A DNA stretch of 63,811 nt, filler included, from Octopus bimaculoides (GCF_001194135.2; 6 parts of 4 records of this genome joined end to end with filler, not necessarily neighbours in it), one strand, 5' to 3'. Counted from the whole stretch's first letter, positions 1 to 14,708 are shown. Translations and numbers: made by a program. The notes: generated by a model not told the origin, from the sequence alone.

Positions 1-2013
1 GAGAGTGGTAGAGGGAGAAACAAAGGGAGGAAGTAGAAGAATAGGTGAGCAACGATAGGAAAAGAGGAAGAGAAGAAGTACGAGGGGGGAATAAGAGATA
101 CGTAGTAGTAACAGAGGAAGAACGAGAGGGGTAAAGAGAGATACGCAGTAGTAAACAGAGGAAGAACGAGAGGGGGGAAAATGAAGAGAAAGAGAAAGAG
201 ATAGAGTAGCGTCGGAAAATATAAAGTTGCGGTAATTACTTACAGATTGGTGACGCTGCGTTCGGTCATGTAAAAACAAATAGTAAATGAGTATATGCAT
301 ATATACATACAGGTGCATATCTGGGTACAGGACATTGCAAACAAAACGTAGACGAGAAAACACACAAGCCACATAGAGAACATTCTCCTTCATCAGCTAC
401 CCCCGTTTTATATATACATACATCATATATATACATCGATATATACATACATACATAATACATACATACACATGCATAAGAAAATAAGGATTCTTGGGAT
501 ATGCCGAGCAATTGCTAATCACGAAAACTGTGATGTCAGAGGTGTGAGAGCATAGGAGGAACCTAGTTTCAANNNNNNNNNNTACATCATATATATACAT
601 CGATATATACATACATACATAATACATACATACACATGCATAAGAACATAAGGATTCTTGGGATATGCCGAACAATTGCTAATCACGAAAACTGTGATGT
701 CAGAGGTGTGAGAGCATAGGAGGAACCTAGTTTCAATGTGGATAAACTACAAGAAAGCATTTTACTCTTTTCCTCACTCATGGAGTGAGCCCTTCAACAT
801 GCTAAAGTTCCGGTGACCATAGTCAATAATTAACCATATGTAGTCAACCATAGGATGTAAGATGCATGCTTTTAATAATAGAGAGTGCTATTAGAAAACT
901 CTAGTGTATTTTTCGTAAAAGATAGCATCGTGCATTCTCATTAACTGTCACTTATGTAACTTTTCTAATAAACATTGCCAGTCTTTTGAAGGCATTTCCT
1001 AAAAATGCTTGTCGCTGAGCGTTTTAGTATTTTTCATGCAAATTATTGCTGTGCTTTCCTTTTAGAATTTGACACTTTTTATGTGATCAATGACGTTATT
1101 GTATAATTTCGTTACACATTCTGAGTATGGAAATCTATCTGAAGTCTCAAAACACTGTTGAATTCTTTCCTGATTATATAGAAGATAATTAACTTCAGAA
1201 TTTTTCCCCATAAATTAGAAATACATATGTTAATCAATGATTCATTGAACAAAAGGCATCGCAATCTGTAAATTATAAATTATCTTCATTGTTCACTAAG
1301 ACGATTTTTCAATTACATGTTTAGGTTCCATTCGATTCTGTTGTTTTTAATTAAAACTGGAATGTAGCAAGTGTTCTATTACCGTATAGAATTCTACCTA
1401 CAGTAATGACAAACAGGTTAAATGATTTCCTATGTGTTTTCAGCAATTGTCGTATGTAATACATATTAAACACTATGGTGCAGCTGCTTAATACTCGCCA
1501 AATGTAATAGGTGCTGTAGTATACGGAATATTTCTCTTAGATATTAGTGATAAATATTGCCGTTTTCTTCACATTTCATGAAAAGCACTGTATGCACTCT
1601 CAGTTGAAATTAGAAATATTGGATTTGGGGAAATACAGAAACTAAGTAGATAGCTTTATGTCTTTCTCAACGGCATTAGTATTGAAAGTTCAGCGAAATT
1701 TAGTTGAAAATCTAGATTGAATTCTTGGGCTGGTGGAATTTATCCTCACCATTGCAATGGCCACATAATTATAAGTGAAATCGCTACGAAGTTCAAATGT
1801 ATGTTTAGATCGAGTTGTGACGTACTTAATTAGGATTTTCAGAACCAATACTTCTTTATGAAATTCCCTATGATTGAAATTTGCAGGTACACACACAAAA
1901 GGTTGTAATACTGCTTCAAGCTGGAAATAAATGTGTCACTGGTTGGACAATTTATATATATATATATATTAGTGTGTGCGTGCGTGTGTGTGTGTGTTTG
2001 TCGCGCGCGTGAG

Positions 2014-2064
<51 letters not shown>

Positions 2065-3090
2065 AATGTACGCGCGCATGTACTAAGAGAGTGTACCTAT
2101 GAAATCACCGTATTAGTATCTTGCAATATTTGCTACATTTCCAGGTTCTTTTGTTTCTTTTTCAGAGAAAACGAAAAACACAAATAAAAAAAAATGCAAG
2201 CAATGTTTTTTTATTCTATAACATGAATATTTCTATTAAAATATCAATATGTTATCAGTGTTCTTTTGTTTCAATGTTGAAAAGAAAATAAAGAATATCT
2301 TAATGGTTTAGAATCTATTGACATTCTAAGTTAATGCAATCCCCACCCAGTTCAGAACGTATGCAAATGATTATCAATTCATTAATTTAAAAGTGTCTTT
2401 TATTTCGAAATATTTCCCTTTGAAATGTTGAAAAATGAACGGGAAGAATAAGAACGAGGATCATTAATCTTTGTGCTGTTGCTTTCATTCCTACAAAACA
2501 GTATTTTCTATAATTTAGACACTACAGGCATTAACATTTTTTTTTTTAAATGTCTAAAGTATTTATTAACATAATTATTATTCCTTTGTAACTTTTTCAT
2601 ATTTCAAAAACTATTTGATTCATGAAATTTTTTTGAAAATTAAATCAGTCTTTTATTCTCAAAAATGTTTTATTTAAAAAATATTTTACAATTTTATATG
2701 GATGATAATAATAGCAACAACGTAAAAACAAATATCCAAAGAAATATTTTATACGTCTAGAAAAAAGATATTTGATAACAATTAAAATAACAATGGCGAG
2801 TACGAAATATTGTTTCTTTTTTTTAACTTTTTAACTTTAATATTGTGATATGATCATATTATTGTACAAATTCCTATTTTTACAAGCCTTTGGAACAAGA
2901 TCTCAGATATGTAGATAGAGAAATAGAGGTTATTCGTATTTTCTCCAGTTTTTACTTTCTGAATAAAGAGAATTTTGTAAACAGGTCACACTTAAGTCCC
3001 ATCTAAGACTACTACTATCGAACCGCCGTGTGTTATTTCTATACTAGCTGCTATTGAATTTTATTAATTGCTTTTCCCTAATATATATAC

Positions 3091-3740
3091 ATTAAGTATA
3101 TGATTTGACTTATTGAACACAGTTCAACAAATTCATTCATATTTGTGCAAATGGAGATTAGATGTTAAAATAGATTATAGTTTTTATTAATCATGTTGCT
3201 ATACAATTTGTTTTGTACAGAAAGACAGATATATTCATAATCGAAAATCTGAGTTGTTAGAAAGTATTCGTCGGTAGCTGAGATAAAAACTAAAAGGACG
3301 TTAGAATTACATAGGTTGGTGTTCGAAATCACCTTATTTGGATGTTCTATCCTAAAAATACAGCCCCACCTGTTAATTTGCTGCATTTACGGATGTTTAG
3401 GTTAGCTCATATATAGCAATTTACAGAGAAAATATCAGCTTTTAAAATTTTAATATTATTATATATATTAACATCCTATTTATATATTTTTAATCTTGTT
3501 TAGGATGGACATGACTCCAGGACCACATTACAAGGCGATTACTAACTAAGCTTCCGACGAGTATTTTCTAACAACTCAGATTTTCAAATAAGAATATTTC
3601 TGTCTTTCTCTACGAAACAAATTGTATAGCAAAATGAAAAAAAAAAACTATAATCCATTTCAAAATCTAATGTCCTCCATTTACATAAATATGAATAAAT
3701 TTGCTGAAATGTATTTAATAAGTTAAATCATATACTTAAT
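3091..3740. repeat. Long imperfect inverted repeat (foldback/MITE-like); arms 3091-3274 and 3554-3740
   Basis: Reverse complement of the left arm (ccgacgaatactttctaacaactcagattttcg...aaatcatatacttaat) aligns by eye along the full right arm (ccgacgagtattttctaacaactcagattttca...aaatcatatacttaat), roughly 80% identity. Confidence 0.85.
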
Positions 3741-3938
3741 ATTTCTATATAAGTTTTCATATCTACACTAATTTACACCAGTCGATTCAAAAGTAAAGTA
3801 GGAAGAAACAACTTTAGAAATCTTTGGAAATTACTCCAATTAAACGACGAACTCGCATTCAACCTTTTAAGATATATATATATATATATATATATATATN
3901 NNNNNNNNNNNNNNNNNNNNNNNNNNNNNNNNNNNNNN

Positions 3939-4007
<69 letters not shown>

Positions 4008-4022
4008 ATGTATGTATGTATG

Positions 4023-4057
<35 letters not shown>

Positions 4058-4254
4058 CCGGTTGTATAATTGAAGCTTTCACTAATTTGCTAGCTAATCT
4101 ACCGGAGTTAATGAATATGGACCTGTTATTATGATCTGGCACATAAGATTCCTTTGAATCCTGATTTTTCTGTAAGATGCACTACCACGATTGTTTGAAG
4201 AATAAATTTTACAACACAAAATGTAGGTCAAAGATCAGTTATGGCTGCCTCAAG

Positions 4255-4467
4255 CCTACAAACTCGTGTGACCGGAGTTTTATGGAGTAGAAATAACCAC
4301 ACTTGAACGCCATGACACCGAGTGATAGGGTGGAGTATTATGTACTCTAGTATTCGAAGCAGGAGCTACATGAATGAAGTACATTATTCAGGGACAAAAC
4401 ACTACCCGATCCAAGGACCGAACTCACGACCTAATTATCGGGAGCACAAGAGTCTAGCCACTAGACC
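4255..4467 (-). mobile_element. Degenerate tRNA-headed SINE-like element
   Basis: Minus strand begins ggtctagtggctag (A-box-like) ...gtgagttcggtcc (B-box-like). Confidence 0.5.
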
Positions 4468-5527
4468 AAACAGTAGTACAATCAATACTATAGTGTTTGA
4501 AATGGATATTCAATATAATAATTATAAATCGCATGATTACATTTATCTTAGTTCAACAATATTTCATGTAACATGCCCCTCTGATGCCTCTTTAACAATT
4601 ACTGGTATATCAGTTGGGAAATCTGCAGTAAAATCGATCACTAAATGCAGCACTAGACCATTTCAAGGCCGCCATAATCGTTAAGTTCATTGGTCACAAA
4701 TTTTGCAGTGTTCTGAAATAAGCATTCTCCAACTCCAAATTGTATTGTCTTGCTTTTGAAATAACCACGCTCGTGGTATTATTTGCATAGTAATTTTATA
4801 TTGGAAATTATTATTCATATATTTTTTTGTTCCTTACCATTTTTAATAAATATCAGAGTTCTTCAGTAATATGGTAAAACAAATAATTTCTGAACATTTT
4901 ATTTTATATGAAGACTTATGACATAAAATCAATATATAGAGGGAGGCCTCTGCAAGCTCACCCGATGTGACAGAAAAGAATAACTGAATCTCCTAAATCT
5001 ATTTCACCATTTTGAAAATGAAGCATTTGAAATTATAATCTTAATTACTATCGGATAAAAGACAGAATAAACACGTTTAGAAGACGATTGACTAGGGTAT
5101 GTTTGGTCACGGCTGACACCGCAAATATCGTGAAATATGCGACATTAGTTTGTTATTTCTATACTTCCGAAAGATTTTTGCCTTCTCAATAATCTGTAAT
5201 GTGATATCTATACCATGGCAAATTTATCCTGGCGCATCTAAAAATGTACGATGATAGGTCACCAATCTGTAGTCATTTAGAGGTTTCGAACGAGAAAAAA
5301 TATAAATTCTGCTTTGCACATTTTTTTCTATTTACAACCCATTGCATTTATTCATTTGATTTCAAAAGTAAAATTTCACATTTTTAAATGGATTCTATTT
5401 TACAGTTATCATTACTTCGATTTTTGTTCACTATTGTTGCTGATATCATGGAAGTACATTTAGTGAGAAAATGTGACTTTTCCACTTTGAACCTTCCCAA
5501 TTATACACTAAATAATTATTTCAAAAT

Positions 5528-5730
5528 TTGGCACAATGCCATCAATTTTAAGAAAATGGTTTGGTTGCTTACATCGACCCCAATTCTTGATTCGTACGTT
5601 ATTTTACCAACTCCGAAAGGATGAAAGCGAAAGTCGACTTCGGCGTGATTCGAACTCAGAATGTAAAGCACTAGAAAAAATGCTGCCTATCACCTTATCC
5701 TGCGCACTAACAATTCTACCACATTGTAAA
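5528..5730 (-). mobile_element. SINE family A, degenerate copy
   Basis: Contains gaaggatgaaagcgaaagtcgacttcggcgtgattcgaactcagaa, the reverse of the core shared by many copies in this window. Confidence 0.75.
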
Positions 5731-7849
5731 TAATAACATCATTTTCATTTCAGAGACATTAATCTAAAGATTATGATTTTCCGTATATTCAATTATCGTA
5801 CTGATCATCTCGTATTTACCTTTTCTTCTAGTTATAATATAATCATCTATCATGGCTAATTGTGTCTGAATATCACGTTTTGGAGTAACGCAGTTATAAT
5901 ATAACACAAGAACTTAAAATATCACTCTTACAACGAAAGTTTGTAATCACCTCCGGAATGGCTACGCTGACATTTAATTTCGATTATTAAAGAAAAAGAC
6001 TAATTTTCCTAAGTTATTTTTTTACTTAAGAACTGGCCTTTTCTGTAATTATATTCAATAACTAAATGATGTTCAGCTACTAAAACAACGCCCGTACATG
6101 GCATAAACATTAATAATAGGAACAGATGCTTATTGATACTACAATATATTGCGCCGTTCCTTCTATGTTACCGAAGAAAGAAAAAACAAACTCTCGAAAG
6201 AGTCGTCCTAAAAATGGCCAACTTATTCTCGCAGGATAGGTTAAATTCCGTTTCTGCCTTAGTCCAACAGAGAATGACACCAATGTTTCATGGAACTCTG
6301 TACAGGTTCACAGATCTAGTTTGGGTGTATGCACACTTGTTAGTTAGCTGCTCTCTCTCTCATAGCCATAGAGCTTGACCAGAATCATGGCGTTCTGGTT
6401 CAGTAGCAACAGACGACTAACGGGAAAAAAACAGGATGCAGTAGAATGAACTGAGCGGTAGACGTGTCCCGGCATGCACTGCAGTAATCGTCTCACAGCA
6501 ACATTCCTCGTTATTGCTTTTCTGTCCTTCAAAAATTGACTTTAAAGTCTATGTTTATTTTAATTTATATAATCTTCAACTATTTAAGATGGCAAGCACA
6601 TCTGCTTCCATCAAATTAGTTCAACCGGATTGTCAATGTCATTATCAAGTTAGCTGTGCACCTCTACACTTAGACAGTTTTAGATGCTCAGACGAGCAAG
6701 AGCTAGGTGGGAGCGCACGCGCTAAGGAGTCCAGGAAAGAAACAGTTAGGGTCCCCACCAAAGATACCATTCTTTCTTGACACCCAGAAATTCACATTGT
6801 GGATTAAAAGACTTTTATTAACCATTGAAGCTTGTGATTAATGCTTCACCCATAGAAGCAACTAAATCTCAACTTCAAACACTTGGTCTCTATTCGAAAC
6901 GCGTGCTTAGCTGAACAAATGCCCAAAACGATAAATTATTTCCGCCATTTCCCGTAAAGAGTATATTACTATTTCTCTCCTTTCTTCCTAAAAAAGGGAA
7001 ACTATAATTCTGACGTAGCATTTTATAACACCTTTTCTATACAGGAAGGTCTTAATGTACATTGACTCATGAACATTTGTGCATACACATTTCTACAAAC
7101 ATATTTAACTAGCTTGTTTATTATTACTGTCTAGTTCAAATAAGCGTTAACTACTTTGCAGTACTGACACTCACTGGTAGCTTTCCTTTGCTCTGGAAAC
7201 ATTACGTAACTGATGTAAAATTGTTTTGCAATGCTTTTAACTGTTTTACATTACTTATATAACGTATAAACTGCCGTTTCATATTTCCTTTGAACTGCTG
7301 TTAAATATCATTATGAGTTATAATTGTCCCACCTTTTAGACCGACTAGTTCAATAAATTGCAGAGGGAAGATGTAGAAATAAGTACTTGTACACGTGCAA
7401 ATAAAATTACTGTATTTGTTTGTCTTTCCCTGGGTAACGACCAACAATGTTTATTTTTTGTAAGTGTGAACCCGATAAGATTATAATCTGCTCTTACGTA
7501 ATATTATAAACAATATTAACTTCGTTGATCTGTTTGCACATGTGGTATCACTACGTAATTTCATTTTTACCTACATGCTTAGAATTCGTTAAATTTGAAT
7601 GTATAAAATAACAAAGAGAAAATATATGTTGGACAAAAAATATATTGTAGTATTGGTAAAATAACAGATATTTATACAATATTTTGAAATATTTCATTTC
7701 GATAACAAAATTATTTTCCGGTACCTTTTTGCAATATTTATCACTTTGAAGCGAGACCAAATTCTTCTCAGAGAAGAGTGATTATGTGTGTGTGTGTGTA
7801 TCTTAGAGTGCTTATAGTCAACTAATCAATATATTATTGGTTCCCTAAT

Positions 7850-8113
7850 GCAGTGAACTGGCAGAAACTTTAGCAAGCCGGGCGAAATTCTTAGCGGTAC
7901 TTCATCTGTCTTTACTTTCTGAGTTCAAATTCCGCCGAGGTCCACTTTGCTTTTCATCCTTTCGGGGTCGGTAAATTATGTACAAGTTGCGTACTGGGGT
8001 CAATATAATCGACTGGCCCTCCACTCCCAAAATTTCGGGCCTTGTGCCTAGAGTAGAAAAGAATAATTTTTAAGGCGGCGAGCGGGCAGAAACTTTGGCA
8101 CGGCGGGCGAAAT
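7850..8113 (+). mobile_element. SINE family A (tRNA-derived) followed by a second head fragment
   Basis: gaactggcagaaac...gagttcaaattccgccgaggtccactttgcttttcatcctttcggggtc; second head ggcggcgagcgggcagaaac near 8074. Confidence 0.85.
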
Positions 8114-9221
8114 AGATTAATCTTGTCTGTAAACATTTCCTTTGACACCATCGTTAGGCTTTTTTCTTTTATATTAACAGTTAAATATAATATATAATAT
8201 ATGAAAGCCTTTCTATAATTATATCTATAAGGGTCTCTTATGTCACTCTGATTCTGCCGCCTTCTTTCAATATAGAGATGTGATATTTATCATAAATATA
8301 CAAATTAATAACAATAGACGTATAGTAGAGAAATATCCAATTAAAAACTAGTATTATTAAGAGCTAGGGGTTAATTCTGCGATGAAGAAGTGGCTCCCCG
8401 TTCAGGTAATAACAATGCGAGCCCGGTTGCTTATAAACCATAACAACTGGGATAATCTCTGGTTTAATGAGTTAATGGCTCGCAAGACATGGAAAATTAA
8501 GATTAATGCGAGACCAAAACTAGCTTTTTTAGAAATAAGTCGAGAAATACCGGAAGAACTAATGTAATATCCAATCGCAATAGGAAATCAAGGTATATTA
8601 AACAATAAATTCATTTATTCATTTTACTCAGTAACATGGAGATAGCTTTAGAGCTATGCAAACTTCAGTATCTTTGTAGCCAGAAAATAGATTTAAACCT
8701 TTGTTACGGTTAAAATATTTATATTTCACCCATACAACAACTTTATTCATCCAGTTTATGAAGAGATTTGAAGCTATGAAGCCCCGAATCGTCTTTCACT
8801 GAATACACACAGAGATAGAGACTATCCACAAAATGATATTTTTTTCAAAATGCATGACTAATGGCGTGATATACGATTATCTATTTAGATATTGCAAAGT
8901 TAATATGAATATACACCACAAACTGTTTTCAGAAAATCATGTGCGTATATGAATTGAAATATATTTATATAACATGAACTTTTTATTCAAATTACCGATT
9001 AGAATATTCTACTCCATAATGCAGCGTAAATATAATGTAAACGCACTTTGGGTATGTTGTTTCCGTCTTTAAAATTTGGCTTTGAATTTGATTTGAGGTT
9101 AATGTTTTAAAGNNNNNNNNNNNNNNNNNNNNNNNNNNNNNNNNNNNNNNNNNNNNTTAATTAATTAANNNNNNNNNNNNNNNNNNNNNNNNNNNNNNNN
9201 NNNNNNNNNNNNCTCCACCTT

Positions 9222-9507
<286 letters not shown>

Positions 9508-9508
9508 G

Positions 9509-9542
<34 letters not shown>

Positions 9543-10218
9543 TGATGATGATGATGATGATGATAATAATCTATGAGATGGTCACATGTGGAAAGTCTTT
9601 GATCCTAAGGTTTACCAATCGGAGAGAGATCAGTCTGAGTTTAAATAACGACAGCGGCACCTACAAAAGGGCAACAACCCAACAGTACCAGCAATGAATA
9701 TGACCACCACCTATAAAATACCATCAGGAACAACAACGACAACGACATCTAACAGCAGCAACACCAGCAGCGCATTGTGTCATACAGCAACAGCTGCAGC
9801 TGCAGCGAGCTTTGGTCAGAACAGTGACTTGGTGTCGCTAAATAGGAAAAAGATATACAGGAAGATAAATCACCATTGATCAGTGCTATCAGCAGGAGAA
9901 ATCGATCGATGGTGTTACTTAATGTTCATATAGATTCATATATATATATAGAGAGAGAGAGAGAGAAAGACAGTGTGGTTTGTGATCGATATTCTTGTTG
10001 CTGCTGCTCTGCTGCTTGGCTGTAACTGGTGTTGTTGTTGTTGTTGTTGTTGCTGCTGCTGCTGCTACTACTACTACTGCTGCTGCTGCTTCTACTGTTC
10101 CTTTTGCTTGCTGTTGCCGCGCCTGGTGATAGACGTTCGTGCGGTAGTTGTTTGTTAATGATTGTGAATGGAGCCGATGAAGAGATACATTATGTGTCTG
10201 TGTGTATATGTATGCGTG

Positions 10219-10263
<45 letters not shown>

Positions 10264-11386
10264 CTATAAGAGTTTATATATATACGTACATATACACACA
10301 TATGCACAAACATACATACAAACGCACACACAGACGCAAACATAACACACACACACTCATGGAACTATTATGAATTTATCAATATCATAGGCGGCTGACA
10401 ACAGTCGTGAGTGTAATTAGGTCCCACGACACATACATACATACATACATACGTACGTACGTACATACATACCTACATACATACATACGTACATGCATAC
10501 ATACATACATACATACATAGGTATATTTATGTACGAGAGCGTATGTATATAAATCTATGTGTGTGTGTACATACATACATGCATACATGCAACACACATA
10601 CATACATACACACACACAACACACGCACATATGCATGTATGCACGTTTGCATGTGTCTATTATGTATATAATGTGGGTGTATGTGTGACTGTGTATTTGC
10701 ATATAAAACATTTTAAATAGAAGAAGAAAAAAGAAAAAGAAAACAACAATTATAAATTGCCGAAACAATTTTTTCTGAAAAAATCTGTTCGGTTCATCTG
10801 CTAGAAATATCATCAGTTACCCTCAGATTCAACCTAACAACTTTAAAATAAATGACACACTGTGTCCGCCATTTTTATATATTCTAGAAAAAGAATGAAT
10901 GACATGAGCACTTTGATTATATATATATATAGAGAGAGAGTTACCGTCTAAGGGATAGAAATATCCGTTATGCTACCGGTATAATTGCCTATTTCAACTT
11001 TGGACATACATATGCAAGCATATTATGCTCATAGGGTACAGGTAATGACAAAGATAGAGATTGGTTTGTCAGGAATCAAATTTAAAGTAAACAGAAAATG
11101 GAAAACTATTGATCAACAATTGACTAACATCATTTATTACATTTTAATTAAATACAAATAGACCGCATCCCATCTAACAGCTGTTTCTGCTTCCAATGTT
11201 ATACGGAATTGTCATTGAAGATTCTCAAAATCGTATTCATCATATTTGGTAACACATCCGATCTGGAACATGGAGCTTCATCAGAGTCGAGAAACACATA
11301 TAAAAGAAAAGTGCCTCGAGAAGATGAAAGGCTTGATATATTTAAATCACCATTTTGCTTCGGGACGTTAAGTAAATGACTAAACA

Positions 11387-11830
11387 TTCCAGGAAGTCAC
11401 TCCTCATCTTTCTCCCATTCCTCTCCCCTTCACAGGAACTTTCCAGGAAGTCCTTACTGACCATACTCCCTTCGGAACTCTCCAGCAAGTCCTTCCTCCC
11501 CCTCCTCGGAACTTCCCATGTAATCTCCTCCCCGTTCTTTGACTTTCCAGGTAATCTCGTCCCCGTCCTTTGACTTTTCCAGTTAATCTCGTCCCCAACC
11601 TCAGAACTTTCTAGGAAGTCCTCCTTCTCTTCCTCTTCCTCGGAAATTTTCAGTCAGTCCTCCCCTCTCCTTCCTCGGAACTTTCCAGAAATTCACCCTC
11701 TCGGAACTTTCTGTGAAGTGCTTCCCTCCTCCCCTTCCTCGGAATTTTCCAGGAAGTGCGCCCCTCCTCGGAAATTTCAAGGTAATCTCGTCCCCGTCCT
11801 TTGACTTTTCCAAGTATTCTCGTCCAAGTT
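11387..11830. repeat. Degenerate pyrimidine-rich minisatellite with GGAACTTTCC / TTCCAGGAA cores
   Basis: Recurrent cctcggaactttccaggaagt-like units and the subunit gtaatctcgtccccgtcctttgacttttcca (about three copies). Confidence 0.85.
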
Positions 11831-11971
11831 TAGGAACTCTTCCAAGTTGTTAAAGATGACACTGTAAACTTGATTTTAAAAGGATTTAGATAATCACATC
11901 AGGTGGTGCTATTAAGTTAGACGTGGCCTGGATCAATCTTTGGTCGAAACATATCTATGTGTATATGTATA

Positions 11972-12132
11972 TATACGACGGGGTTCTTCCAGTTTCCGTC
12001 TACCAAATCCACTCACAAGGCTTTGGTCAACCCGAGACCATAGTAGAAGACACTTGCCCAAGGTGCCACGCAATGGGCTTGAGTCCAGAAACACGTGGTT
12101 GTGAAGCAAGATTCTTACCACACAGCCACACC
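11972..12132 (-). mobile_element. SINE family B (5' portion)
   Basis: cagtttccgtctaccaaatccactcacaaggctttggtc...agaagacacttgcccaaggtgccacgca...ttcttaccacacagccac. Confidence 0.9.
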
Positions 12133-12886
12133 AATATATGTATATATATGTACATACATATGACACATAGCACACTCACTTACACATACAAAGATAGATA
12201 AGACAAAAAAGCTTGAGGAAAATGGTGGTGGTGTTGGTGGTGTTTAAAGTTGTATAGCTTGTACGTGTGTCTGTATATATATGCGAGACTATTTTCTCCA
12301 ACCGTCCGTCGAACGGAATGCAAGTGTTGTTGTTGTTGTTGTTGTTGTTGTCGTTGTCGTTGCCATTCTTCTTCTTCTTCTTCTTCCTCCCCTCCTCTTT
12401 CCTGTCTCCTCCACTTCTCTCCAGCTTCCAATCTTTCCTCTCTGATGTCCTCACAACCATTATTTTCTGACTAAGCCAGCTACTTTTTTTTTTTCTTTAA
12501 CCCCTAACTCACCTTCTACATTCTGTCTTCCCCGTCTCCGCCTCTGTTGCTTCCCTTTCTTTCTCCCTCTCTCACACACCGTTTTTCTCTGTCTGTCTCT
12601 CTCCTTCTCTCCCTTTCTCTTTCCAATTCTCTCTCCCTCTGTATATCGGAATGTTATCTGATGTCGCTTACGTTTATAACAAAAAGGAGACATCCAGTGG
12701 AGATCTGGAGTCGTGCAGTGTAGTGTTGTTTGGCGGAAAGTGAATGAAGAGGGAAAAGAAAACAAGGTATGGCAAAGAATGGGGAGAGGAGGAGAAGAAG
12801 TGTTTCTTTGAGAATGTATACCACACACACAATTACAAGTAGGCATACACACGCGCCAGCATGTGACTATTTTCATAGACACCAGA

Positions 12887-12970
<84 letters not shown>

Positions 12971-13189
12971 TATATATATGTGTGTACTTCTATCTATCTA
13001 TCTATCTATCCATCTATCTCTCTATCTAATACACTTGTTTATACCTTCCTCTCGTTGTCCGGAAGCATAGGTGTACTGCTGTCAGTACACATATGACGAG
13101 ATGACGATCACGCTTCCTACATAGATGGGTAGGTAGTGAAGTAGATAAACAAGTATGTAGGCAGGTAGATAGGTAGATATATAGGTAGG

Positions 13190-13272
<83 letters not shown>
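13190..13272. repeat. (GATA)n microsatellite
   Basis: Direct reading. Confidence 0.95.
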
Positions 13273-13273
<1 letters not shown>

Positions 13274-13578
13274 GTTAAGGTCGGTCAAATTAAAAATGAT
13301 CTGCTACAAGTAATCATGTAAACCAGTGATGCCCAGCCTAAAGTGAATAAACCAGCAACACCTCTCTTGTGTAAAACTGTGGTGTGGGAACGGTAGACGC
13401 ATGGTATAATAGGAAGCACGGACACACTGATACACACAAAAGAGAAACCTGACTACAAGGGAGAATTTATTGAACAAGGAATCAACGAGCATCAATCTTA
13501 GCTACAAATTGAGTGGAGTCCCATTTAGCATTTATTGATAGTCACTTTGTAGTTTCGGTGGGACAGTGGCTTATTCAA

Positions 13579-13644
<66 letters not shown>

Positions 13645-13646
13645 GT

Positions 13647-13678
<32 letters not shown>

Positions 13679-14137
13679 NNNNNNNNNNNNNNNNNNNNNN
13701 NNNNNNNNNNNNNNNNNNNNNNNNNNNNNNNNNNNNNNNNNNNNNNNNNNNNNNNNNNNNNNNNNNNNNNNNNNNNNNNNNNNNNNNNNNNNNNNNNNNN
13801 NNNNNNNNNNNNNNNNNNNNNNNNNNNNNNNNNNNNNNNNNNNNNNNNNNNNNNNNNNNNNNNNNNNNNNNNNNNNNNNNNNNNNNNNNNNNNNNNNNNN
13901 NNNNNNNNNNNNNNNNNNNNNNNNNNNNNNNNNNNNNNNNNNNNNNNNNNNNNNNNNNNNNNNNNNNNNNNNNNNNNNNNNNNNNNNNNNNNNNNNNNNN
14001 NNNNNNNNNNNNNNNNNNNNNNNNNNNNNNNNNNNNNNNNNNNNNNNNNNNNNNNNNNNNNNNNNNNNNNNNNNNNNNNNNNNNNNNNNNNNNNNNNNNN
14101 NNNNNNNNNNNNNNNNNATATATATATATATATATAT

Positions 14138-14400
14138 AGTGGTTAGGGTAATCGGATCACGATGGTAAGGTCGTAAGTTCGATTCTCGGCGGGTGCATCC
14201 TTTATTTCACGTTGCTCCAGTTTACTCAGCTGGCAAAAATGAGTTGTACCTGCAATTCAAAAGGGCCAGCCTTATCACATTCTGCACCAAGCTGAATTTC
14301 CCCGAGAACCACATTAAGGGTACGCGTGTCTGCAGAGTGCTCAGCCACTTGCACGTTAATTCCACGAGGAAGTTTTTCCGTTGATCGGATCAAGTGGAAT
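14138..14400 (+). mobile_element. SINE family C with conserved tail (gggccagcctt...gttgatcggatcaa)
   Basis: tRNA-like head tagtggttaggg...gttcgattc; body atttcacgttgctccag...cagctggcaaaaatgagt shared with 22785; tail shared with 53837-53993 (reverse). Confidence 0.85.
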
Positions 14401-14708
14401 CAAAACAAAGAAACGTGCTAATATAATCTTGACTTAAAATCATTTGGGCAAGCCTTATATAATAATAAGTACATTCCTCTGGTGTTACTGTACACTTATA
14501 AACTAATTCTTTTTTAAACATTGGTTATCTAATGGGCATTTTAGGCGATTTTACAATTACCAGCTAAGTTTATTATTAAGTGATCATTTGTCAGAAAAGC
14601 TCACATTATTAGGTGTTGAGCTGGGAATCTCTCCTGTGTTAAGACATGATACATTTGATATACACAGATTTTCATTATTCGAGTCAGATATTTCTGATTT
14701 ATTATATA

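Noticed and set aside
419-736. Near-identical 154-bp direct repeat (419-572 and 583-736)
   Set aside because: The copies flank a 10-N gap exactly, typical of an unmerged contig overlap or two haplotypes.
900-1900. Possible decayed minus-strand gene
   Set aside because: Manual translation gave stops at about random frequency and no motif.
3165-3386. 73-aa minus ORF
   Set aside because: It overlaps an inverted-repeat arm and has no recognisable motif.
9157-9168. TTAATTAATTAA recurring inside gaps (also 20365, 48260, 56948, 61823)
   Set aside because: It sits centred in 100-base gap blocks (44 N on each side where counted) and gives stops in all six frames: an artificial scaffolding linker.
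9640-10221. Short T/S/A/Q-rich ORFs (e.g. 9694-9879)
   Set aside because: Frames are open because of CAA/CAG/GCT triplet repeats; there is no domain or convincing splice structure. A UTR role is not excluded.
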